Assembly (NCBI RefSeq): GCF_037042905.1
Contig: NC_087251.1
Coordinates: 33,110,001-33,174,000, forward strand
DNA: 64,000 nucleotides
Direction of reading: 5' to 3'
Source: Lytechinus pictus
Lineage: Eukaryota
How positions within the stretch are numbered: the first letter of the stretch is position 1; every line of letters begins with the position of its first letter. Positions 13,350-24,700 of the stretch are shown here, piece after piece. A program made the translations under genes and the position numbers. Below the pieces are notes generated by a model, which was not told where the DNA came from, did not search any database, and worked only from the letters and a program-made list of their open reading frames with translations.

Positions 13350-14554
13350 CCAGACCTTTCGTTGGAAGAACGCGAACGCTTATTTACGACGTTAGTTGAT
13401 TTTAGAAGAGACTTTTGGGCCCGTCGTCATGGTCTTAAAACTCTGTCCTGCAATGCAAATTGTGTGACATGAGATTTTTTTTTCGTTTCGCATCTGGAAC
13501 GGAAACATTCAATTTGCGTTTCGTGTGCAAAATTCTGGTTGCTACTATAGTAACAGCGATATATCCGATTTAGGACGACTTTCCAAATCCACATTTGGTT
13601 CCTCCTAGAGCTCGAGAGGCCGCCCGGGGGGCCCGCTTTCATTGAAGAGTGGATACCAGGCGCAACAACGCGTAAAAAGGGAAAGAGTTGGTAAGTACGT
13701 TACGTATAGGCCTATGTAACGTTATAAAGGTGTCAAAAACGATGATTAAAATACTGAAAAAAGGGATATATTTCCAATACTTGTAGGGTTTCACAAGCCA
13801 AATAATTGTTAAAAGATGCATTTTCATAATCTGGAAAAGACTTGCTTCCCTTGTTTAGGGTACTTTTCGAAACCCCATGGTCGTGCCTGGTATCCACTCA
13901 TCAATGGAAGTGGTCCCCCCGGAATTTGAATCTAACCCCCATTTCTGGGGAAAGTAAAACATAATACCCTTTACATCGTGTGCTAGAGGCGTATCGTTTG
14001 TGTAGAAGGAGTGAACAAAAGAAACAAAAGAAACCAGCATGCAAACGTATTGCATACGCTGTGTACATATGCGAAATGGGTTCGGCTAGAGAGGTGATAT
14101 CTGACCCATGGAATCAATTGCCAGAGATCCACCAATAATCCACATTAAATGCAATATCGATTCGATGGACTGTAATGATCTATATCTAAGCCTGAATTTA
14201 GTAAGTTTTTCCTCACTCAGTATGTACTCGATTTGTTTGAAAAACCACTTTCTTATCCATGTCATATTCTATTTTAGGTCCTGCATTTCGAATATCTCCA
14301 GCCATCAGTCGTAATACATGTATGTATGGAGCGCGGGTGTTGCGGGAAAGAATTTTGCACACGAAAAGCAGATCTGTAGGGCCTGTAACCCCCCTGTAAC
14401 ACAAATCTTAGCATTGATTGTAGAGCAGTTTTCTACGTTTGATTGTATTGACTATAATGTACCATCAATCTTAAAAATCAAGTGTATGATTAAGCGTCAA
14501 CTTTTGTGTTAGGGGACCCTAATATTAGCGTCCGTGATGATTGCGAAAGGTGGC
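13350..14554. mobile_element. Non-autonomous DNA element (~1.2 kb) inserted in the gypsy 5' leader; same family as 39241-40503
   Basis: Colinear with 39241-40503; short imperfect TIR ACCTTTCG/CGAAAGGT; internal inverted repeats. Confidence 0.8.
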
Positions 14555-15040
14555 AATTGGCTACTCTCTAGATGACGAAACAGCTAGGACAGCTCAAACA
14601 AATTCTGCTGGGCTCCTCAGTCAGCAAATGCTTTTCACAGAACGAAGAATTTACTCTCGGTCTCAAAAAGAAGTAGTAAACATCACCGGTATTCCGTAAC
14701 TGCAACTTCCAGTTCCACCTTAGATAGTTGATATTGCAGACACAGAGGATAGATGTGACTGTACCACTTGACTAGCCTGGAGGCTTCTCCACTTCAGCTA
14801 CAGCACCATCTGACAAGTTGTCATGACTCTTTAGTAACGCAGTGCATGCAGGAGCGATAAAAAGTCACTATATGCCTTCCATAAAAGCATTCTATCCTCA
14901 CTAGTTATCCGAGTTGTATGGACACAGTAGCAGTTTCTTGTATATTCACATATTTGTTGCAATCATGGAGACAGAACACCAATGCCATTGTACTGAAGAA
15001 ACATTGTCTGAAAACAAGGAGTTTTTATCCAGTTTCTAGC

Positions 15041-15058
15041 ACCCCATCCGTACTACCA
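15041..15058 (-). promoter_or_regulatory. Primer-binding site of the gypsy element
   Basis: TGGTAGTACGGATGGGGT begins 2 nt after the 5' LTR end; TGG is complementary to tRNA CCA. The priming tRNA was not identified. Confidence 0.7.
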
Positions 15059-15060
15059 GT

Positions 15061-16843
15061 TGAAATAGACGGGGTACAAAAATAAACGATACAGGTATGG
15101 ATATCAGAAAGTTAATTTGATATTCACTTTATTCAGCTTTTAACTCCAATATAGTCTTCAGACTTTACAAGAACCGAGTTCACATACAACTACATGTACA
15201 AGGTTGAAGAGCATGAAGAGTCAACTGCCAGGTTAGTAGACTTGTTAACTGCAAAAAAAGGGGTGAACGTTGCATTTTTTAGTACAAATGTCCCACTTGG
15301 CACAAATGTTCCTTGAGTCAAAAGAAAAGGATTCATCCAAAGAGACACGCTGTATCTATGCAAATAAGCAAGTAATTTGCATAAATTTGCATATTATGTC
15401 GATATAGTAAAAACAAGTATTTCAGAATATAAATAACCAGAACTGCCCTAAAATTGGAAATAAAGACTTAGGGTAAGAAAGGGAAGAAAATTGTCATAAA
15501 ATAATTGGGATATCCTTGTTTATTATTACCTAATTTACATAAATTATGCAAATTATAATTTAAAACAGAGTATTTTTTCATGAATCCTGAACTGCTTTTA
15601 AAAAACAGCAACCAATACACAATGTCAACATTCTACATGAAAGATAATATATTAGCGAAAACATCGATATGCTTCATGACAGTATTAGTGTCTTAATTTG
15701 CTTAGAAAGAGGGCAAATATGTCAAAATGTATGACGTGATATTGCGCTAAAACGAGACCAAAACAATCTCTATGTCACAGTCACACTCACGAATCGGACA
15801 ATAAAGCGATCAATGGTATGTCATTCGAGATAACACAATCTCAACACAATAGCTTCCATCGGCTTCTCGTATCGCTTTTGTTGGTGTGTATGCCACACCG
15901 TAATCTATGGTATATACGGGCAAAATGCATTTCGGTATCGGTAAAACACTATTAATTTTGTTTTATTTGTTTCTAATTTGTTTCTCTTGGAAAATTTACA
16001 GGAAACATTGCTTTGCAGGTTACTGCTTTAATGAAACTCTGGCACATGAATCATGACGAATGTATCCATACCTCAATCCATATTTTAACTTTATTAAAAT
16101 ATATATCTTTTTGGAGACCCCGAGGTGGCAAAACTGCATCCCCCTGCATTCCCGCCACTTTACAAAACCAGTTTGACTTGTATAATCGACTTGGAAAAGA
16201 CAGATGTATGAGACATCAGTTAACATGTTTCCAGAAGATAGTTTTTTATTTTTTATTTAAGCCTACGCCCACGGGAGCCATCCGAATTTACCCCATCCCC
16301 TCTCCGTATTTCGACCTATATATGGTGTAGATGCTGCCTTTAATAAGTGCCCTTTTCCAGATGAGGGTTTCAGATCATTTAGACGATATTCTAGATATAT
16401 ATTGTCGAAACAAAATAAACGGTTGGGCAACTTCGACAGGCCACCGTCACGTACACGAACTTATTTTATGAGATATAAAACAATGCCTTCTATGTTTTTT
16501 TTTTCAAGAGGAGAATGCAAAGAGGCTTTACTTTGTGTAGTAGAAATGCATCTTTCTTCCGGTTGGGCTCTAAAAATATTTAAATTTAACATGGAGTGGA
16601 ATCAATAAAGGGCTGTGTGGCTGTTCTTCAATGTACCACAGCTCCTCTTCATGTCAGTTGTAGAGTATTTTCTCCTCAATCTATTCCAAGATATCAATAC
16701 AAACAAAAGTAATCTTTTAAGAGTTCTAAAGACAATAAACTATTTTTGAATACATAAAACCAAAAAGGGAGAGGGTATCCTAGGCATGCTCATGTTGGGT
16801 TATAGCCTTTACTGTGCTAGAGCACTATTACAAATGGCAGAAC

Positions 16844-16877
<34 letters not shown>

Positions 16878-18237
16878 GTAATAATAATAATAATAATAAT
16901 ATTAATAATAATTATAATAATATCAATAATGATGAATGTAAATATAAAAATATAGATATAAAAGTTGCTTTATTATACCAATAAACGCAATTTGCCTTGC
17001 CGATGGTTTTAAAACACGATATTTTTTTTATTTAAAGTCGAAATACGGAGAGGGGATGGGGTAAATTCGGAGGGCTCCCGTGGGCGTAGGCTTAAATAAA
17101 CAAAAAAAAATTTTCAGGAAACATGTTGACTGATGTCTCATACATCTGTCTTTTCCAAGTCGATTATACAAGTCAAACTGGTTTTGTAAAGTGGCGGGAA
17201 TGCAGGGGGATGCAGTTTTGCCACCTCGGGGTCTCCAAAAAGATATATATTTTAATAAAGTTAAAATATGGATTGAGGTAGGATACATTCGTCATGATTC
17301 ATGTGCCAGAGTTTAATAGTGTTTTACCGATACCGAAATGCATTTTGCCCGTATATACCATAGATTACGGTGTGGCATACACACCAACAAAAGCGATACG
17401 AGAAGCCACTATTGTGTTGAGATTGTGTTATCTCGAATGACATACCATTGATCGCTTTATTGTCCGATTCGTGAGTGTGACTGTGACATAGAGATTGTTT
17501 TGGTCTCGTTTTAGCGCAATATCACGTCATACATTTTGACATATTTGCCCTCTTTCTAAGCAAATTAAGACACTAATACTGTCATGAAGCATATCGATGT
17601 TTTCGCTAATATATTATCTTTCATGTAGAATGTTGACATTGTGTATTAGTTGCTGTTTTTTAAAAGCAGTTCAGGATTCATGAAAAAATACTCTGTTTTA
17701 AATTATAATTTGCATAATTTATGTAAATTAGGTAATAATAAACAAGGATATCCCAATTATTTTATGACAATTTTCTTCCCTTTCTTACCCTAAGTCTTTA
17801 TTTCCAATTTTAGGGCAGTTCTGGTTAAATATATATTCTGAAATACTTGTTTTTACTATATCGACATAATATGCAAATTTATGCAAATTACTTGCTTATT
17901 TGCATAGATACAGCGTGTCTCTTTGGATGAATCTTTTTCTTTTGACTCAAGGAACATTTGTGCCAAGTGGGACATTTGTACTAAAAAATGCAGCGTTCAA
18001 CCTCTTAACAAGTCTACTAGGTTACTTAGCATGGTACATGTTGTCTACTCTCTCAATACATACATGTATCAATGGTCCTGTTCACGACACGACTCATATA
18101 AACCAAACCAAGAATGTTTCTATTCATAAGCACATTGCCTGGTGCAGGCATACAATACAGGCATACAATACAATTCACCTCAGGCTCTACATGTATGCCC
18201 AAGAGTTGTGCTTGCACCTGTTATTCATATCACTACA
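15061..18237 (-). repeat. 5' LTR (15061-15233 + 18023-18237), split by a foldback DNA transposon
   Basis: Begins TGTAGTG and ends TATTTCA on the minus strand; followed by the PBS. Confidence 0.92.
15234..18019. mobile_element. Academ-like foldback element with ~1 kb near-perfect TIRs
   Basis: TAGTAGACTTGTTAA..TTAACAAGTCTACTA; 3-bp TSD GGT (15231-15233, 18020-18022); arms 15234-16315 and 17037-18019; ~720-bp spacer containing (AAT)n. Confidence 0.85.
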
Positions 18238-18572
18238 GTTATTTCTAACGAAAGGTTTTATAAGCAAGAAAATATTGTACGGATGACACAGAATCGTACT
18301 TGTTGTGGTGATCTGAAGTCGGATTCCTGTATAGAGAATTATCATTAATCTGGTATTGCCTATGCGGATGATCGGAATGATCACTAGCAAAGTTTCCGTC
18401 GTGAAGCAACAAAGTATCTCGGAGTCAGACTCCTTTTAAATTTTTGCAAGATTATTTAGACTAGCGATCCTGAAGAACTCCAGTTACGAGAACCTCGCAG
18501 AAAGATTTTTGGGGGGAATAAAAAACAACGCTGTAAGAAAAGAATCGCACCTTGAAACTTGTCAGAAATGAG

Positions 18573-18768
18573 ATGGAAACATGTATGATTTTCAGGAATT
18601 CAAGCGCCCTTAAAACGGTCTTGGCTTTGTTTCTTCAGACGTGTCATTTCTTAGGAACTGTGAAATGCATTGGGGTTTATCTACCGGACCTGAAGCGGAC
18701 ATTAGGACTATCGTCAACTGATATTGGTCTTGCTATTGGATTATTCGAAGCACTTTCATTCGTTCCAG
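18573..18768 (+). CDS. SLC16-like exon 1
   Basis: METCMIFRN...FLGTVKCIGVYLPDLKRTLGLSSTDIGLAIGLFEALSFVP-G; donor CAG|GTAAAC at 18769. The start ATG could alternatively be 18585. Confidence 0.8.
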
Positions 18769-21700
18769 GTAAACGAAATACGAGTTTGGTGTAAAATGAA
18801 ATAAAAAGTAAAGGGTGATTCCATGATAGAAAAATCAGCAACTTTCACAACATTTTTCAACCTTATATAAAAAAAACAAGGATTTGCATTTGTATTTATT
18901 AAGACATATCAAAGGATAAACTAAAAAAAAATTAACCCGTACCTACTCTTGTCCGAACGTACTACTTGACTCTTTAAACCATGGCTTAGACATCAAAATT
19001 ATATCTGTCAGGCATAAATTGAATGAAATATGTCTATTTATAAGTACCAACGGCTTTTTAGACTCCATTTTTGATAGCCATCTTGGATTTTTAGGCAAAA
19101 TGGAAAACTGCTTATTATAGTTATGAGTCGAAAAAATATTACTTGACCCTTGAAAACATAGTGTAGACACCATCATATAAGGTGGTGCAACGAAAGATGA
19201 CCAGGTGGATGTATTTTCTACTTTAAGAGCAAATAATACTAAAAAATATCAAAAAAAAAAAATACATTTTAGTTTATAAATAACAAACACTTATATTTTC
19301 AGTTAAAATGAACTTACCTAGATCTACTGATGAACTGTTACTGCCACATTTCTCAATGACCTTCAAACAACGACCCCTCCATCTTTCCAGGAGATAAGGA
19401 AGAATTTCATGCCACCGGGCTTTAACATAGTCCCAGCCAGGAATCTTTTATGTTTTGGACAAACATTTACTTTTTTGTTGCCAAAGATTTGCAATGGACT
19501 TTTGAGTCCCTGATTGACCACAGGTTTTCAATTGTGTCTATTCGGGACTATTTCCTGACCAGAAGTTCTTGTCCAAATAGTCAAAAATACCTGGGAAATT
19601 TAAACCTGGGCATTTAAATGTCATGCATGAAGTGCTCCTGTACACCAAAATCACACACAAAAAACCCACTGTTAAATCATAATTTTTTAAAACCAAATTC
19701 GTTCATACTTTTTTACAAGGAGGCTGCCAATTTGTCTTCCAGAAATAAATATCGTCGAGGATGCCTCTATCTCAGGCTTTAGACTAGATTCTTAGGTGGT
19801 CAAGGGTGGTCATCTTTCGTTGCACCACCCTATATCTTCCAGGTGTTTTTGTAAATGAATTATTTCATTTTTTCAGTAGCAGCAGTCAATTTAGACTCCA
19901 TTTTTGGAAGCCATCATGTTTTGTTTTATATACTGGACCACTGACTGTCCGTTTAACTTGTCCCAATCTAATTTTTCACGTTTTAAACTATGATTTAGAC
20001 ACCAAAATCACATTTCCTAGGCGTGTATTAAATGAACAGTCGGTTTTTAAGTATCAGCGGCCATTGATTAATTCATACTCCATATTTTGAAGCCATCTTA
20101 AATTTTTGGACATTCTTGACCACTGACTGTCCTTGTAACTTGTCCGAACTACATGACTCTTGAAACAATTTCACATTTTTGGACGCCATCTCGGATTGTG
20201 GAAAATGCTCAAGGAGGAGGATTTATGAGGACTTTTAGTATGTTGTTCTAGACATGTTCCTGGACCTATCCTGAAAATAAAATCAGCTTGTTACCAGACA
20301 AGTTCATGTTAAAACTGATGCTCTTGGCTTGTATAGGCCCTACAGCGTCCTAGCTTCTTTTGGCAAGAAGTAATTCCCCACCGAGGTGCTAAATGTGTAC
20401 CCAGTAGGATGTGTAAGTCCTTGTAGCTTGTCCAGCACACATGTATGTGCCTCGATGGCGACTGGCTGGAATACTTCCCGGGGCGTGGAGGATGTGCATA
20501 CATTGTGTGCAGATATGACTGATGGAATTCGATGACCGGGGTAATAATAAGATATGAACAATGTATTATAAATAACCAGATAATGATTGTTATAATTATT
20601 ATACGAGTTGCTCCAACTGGAATACAGATCTTGACTTTTAACAGTTTACTTTCAAGAAAAAGGGGGTCCGCGTGAGAAAGAAAAGCACGACTATGAATAA
20701 TATGATTTTTTTCTTTTGTATAAGTGACAATTTAGCTTAAAGATAATGTTGGGTATTTGCTAGATAAAATTGATGTTCCATAATTCAATTAAAGTAAAAT
20801 TGAAAATGAATGAAACATGATTTACATATTGTCTAATGATCTTCATGACAAAGACCAACCAAGAAGTCTTGTCGAAATGGGTGAATCGGAAAGGCAGTTT
20901 CGTCCTGGATTCTGGACAAGACACAAGACACCTGGACAAGTTAGTCATATCTTTATCCACCAACCACGGAGTTAGTTCTAATCTTACTAAACCTGTTTCA
21001 CGAAAGGTTTCCTAACTAGAATACCTTGATATCGATGCTATCGGTAAAAAGAGCAGCCGAGACGTAACCTTAGTCACAGAATAGCGTAATTTACAAAAAG
21101 AAAAATTATGACAAAATTGCAGATATTGTGATGAATTGGGAAATACATCTTTTCAAAATAATAGCACAGGTAAATTATGCAACATACATACTTAGACCAT
21201 GAAGACTGGAGCATTCAGTTGCTGAGAAAATTAAATTATGAATAATTCATTTCGTGACTAAAAAATCACATGTCGACGTTGAGATGGGGACCCCCGGGTT
21301 TACGAAAGTAAATTATAATGGTTTTCTTTGTAAAATGACGATAATTATACGGCTTTTTATGATTCCAAAAATCATCCTAGTTTAACAAAAACTTTTAAAA
21401 TCTTTGATACCGAAACATACGATTTGACAAATTCTATGCATAAATTAGAGATAGAATTTAGCAGAATGTAAATAGGGGTCTGAAAACGACAAATGCGAGT
21501 CCAGTTATGGATGGCCTGACGTGGTAGAATAATCTTTATCGATTAAATTATTTTACTATTTCAAAATGAATGGTTTTGTGGAGTTTTACCAACAGTTTTT
21601 TTTTATAGTTTCTTTGTATTACAATTATCATTGAATACATTATCCCACTTGTTTTGTGATGCAATTTCAACCTCTACGATTGATTACGTAAGATTATAAT

Positions 21701-24700
21701 TTTCAAATTTCTAGTAGTATCCCTAAATTAGACCCCAAAAGAGCCAATCTGGAATAAAATTATTGTAAATGGTTTTTCAACTGATTTGAGTAGGCATGGG
21801 TGTCAACATTTACCCAAAAAAAGTTAGGTGGAATACGGGGTGGGGAAAGTGTTTTTTTAAGGTCAAAGGTCAATTACATTTTTCATATATACTGTATAAT
21901 GGTATCTCTGAGATGAAAAGGCGCAGGTTGGCGATCATGGTGTCAAAATGCACAGATTCTTACAAGAAGATCAAATGAATAAAATTAAGTACATAGAATG
22001 CACATTCACCCATAAAATTCAAGTTCAAAGCCTTTCAAAGGTCAATGACCTTTTTACATTATATACAATACTGTATAACAGTATCTCTGAGATGAAAAGG
22101 CGCAGATTGATGATCTTGGTGTCAAAACGGAAAGATTCCTGCAAGAAGATCAAACGAAATAAAATCAAGTACTTAGAATGCACATTCACTCATATAATTT
22201 AAGGTCAAGGGTCAATGACCTTTTATACATTATATACCATAATATATAATGGTACATCTGAGATGAAAAGGCGCAGGTTGATGATCATGGTGTCGAAATA
22301 AACAGATTCTTACAGGAAGATTAAATAAAATAAGTATTAAGCACCTTGAATGCATATTCACCCATAAATTCAAGGTCAAAGCCTTTGAAAGGTCAATGAC
22401 CGTTTTTACATTATATATCATACGGTATAATGGTATCTCTGAGAGGAAAAGGCGCAGGTTGGTGATCTTGGTGTCAAACCGCACAGATTCTTACAAGAAG
22501 ATCAAATGAAATAAAATCAAGTACAATCGAATGCACATTCACCCATACAATTTAAGGTCAAAGGTCAATAACCTTTTATACATTATATACCATAATATAT
22601 AATGGTATCTCTAAGCAGAGGCGTCGATCCTGGGGGGGCAGGGGGGGGGGCGATCGCCCCACCAATGAAAATATTGGGGGGGGGCAAACATATCGTTTTG
22701 CCCCCCCCCCCCAATAATTCCGCATGCATGTGCAAAAATAAAATAAGATTGCAGTGTTACACAGAAATCAGCAAGCGAGATTGAGATACACAACTCGTTC
22801 TTTATTTAAAATCGTGCTCAAAATGTCCGTTTTTCAGATTGGAATATCAAAATTTTCAGCTCGCGCTTCGCGCTCGCATCATTTATGTACCAAAACCCAT
22901 ACTTTTAATGATTAATTAGGTGAACAGAATGTCCCGTTCTCATTTCTAAACCTAAAAAGAACTCACGCTCCGATTTGCAATAATCTTTTGTTGAATATAT
23001 ATCTTGTTCTTTCTTAAAAACGTCCATTAACCTGTCAATTTTTTCAGATCGAAATATCAAAATGTTCAGCTCGCACTTCGCGCTCGCATCTATTGTTATT
23101 TTAGATACCCATTCTAATCATTAGTACCAAAAATGAATCTTTCAGGTCAGAATATAAAGAAATTTCAGCTCGCTCTCGTTACTCGCATTATCTGTGTAGT
23201 GAGATATGTGTCCGAGTCTCTTTCTCACATATATATATATATATAACCAACCTACAAGGATTTCGGAGACGGCCAAGTAAATCTCTCGATCAAATGAAGA
23301 AAATAAAAAACTCTCTCCGGAAGAAGGCCTTCGGTGAAAATTCAACCCCCAATGACCGATCGCAGTTTTACGATGCGCTCCACACTTACAACTACCTACG
23401 CAAGAGTCATTCTTCAAAGACGAGAGAACGATCTACTAAATATGAGGAATCACGCTTCAGAAAGAATTTTTGGAGCTTTAGCAAGCACGCAGTCGATGGC
23501 ACTCTTTACTCAGGAACCCAGACCCCTTCCTTCTCCCTTGACACCGCAAATGAGCACTTTTCATCAAAATATGACACAGAGCCACCCTCCATTGATGAAC
23601 GCGATTTAGATTGGGTGAAAAAAATAGCTAGTGAGATTGAATTTCCTTTCGACCGTAAACCCATCAGGCCAAAGGATGTCAAAGTTACACTACAGAGTAG
23701 GAGCTCGAAATCCTCACCAGGCCCGGATGGTATTACCTACGGCATCTTGAAACGATTACCCTGTATCCACCACTTTTTAGCAACCTTGTATAACAAACTC
23801 CTCATTAATCCTACCCCACCTTCATCATGGACCCATGCTAAGGTAATTCTTACTCATAAGAAAAATGATACCAATGACCCTAATAACTTTCGTATGATTG
23901 CTCTTTCGAATGTATTTGGCAAAGTGTTTCACCAAATTCTTACGAATCGCCTTGAAAGATACCTTAATCAAAATGATCTGATCGACAGAAAACTCCAAAA
24001 GGGTTTCATGACAGGCATTTCTGGTTGCATCGAACATAATACAGTAGTGCATGAAATCATAACCCATGCTAAATCCTCTAAAAAGACAGCCCATTTGACA
24101 TGGTTTGACCTCCAAGACGCATTTGGCTCTGTGCCTCATGATCTTATCAATATTACATTGGATAGATTTTGTATTCCTGAAGAATTTCAGCTATACATTA
24201 GAAACCTCTACTCATCTATTTCAGGATATGTGTCGACGAAAGATTGGAATACAGATTCCTTTAGATTTAGACGAGGTATCTTTCAGGGGGATCCCCTTTC
24301 TCCACTGATTTTTACAATGTGTATCAATCCTCTTGTAGAGTATTTGAATTCGTGCGAACGGTTCGGCTATGATCTGAATGGTAATAAGTATATCACAACT
24401 TTTTTTGCCGACGACTGTTGCTTAGTAACATCTAACAAAAGATCCCATCAGCGGATAACAAATACCCTCTCGACTCACGCAACCAAACTTGGTTTGAAAT
24501 TCAAACCAGCGAAATCTCGCTCTCTTTCAATATCCAGTGGAAAGATTGACACAAACACATCATTTCAGGTCAATGGCCAGAATGTGAGCACGATTGATGA
24601 TTCAGATGATCGATTTAAATTTCTTGGATCACTGATTTCTTCGCAAAACACTTCCAAATCAGTGAGCGATTACTTGAAAGACCTTCTTATGAAAGGATTG

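Larger units (their letters stand above)
2685..18237 (-). mobile_element. Full-length decayed Ty3/gypsy LTR retrotransposon with nested insertions
   Basis: TG..CA LTRs of ~390 bp; 4-bp TSD GTTA (2681-2684, 18238-18241); PBS and PPT present; order gag-PR-RT-RNaseH-IN. Confidence 0.95.

Noticed and set aside
16013..17288. Mirror-image ORFs 16013+ and 17028-
   Set aside because: They are the two arms of the foldback TIR and show no recognisable domain.
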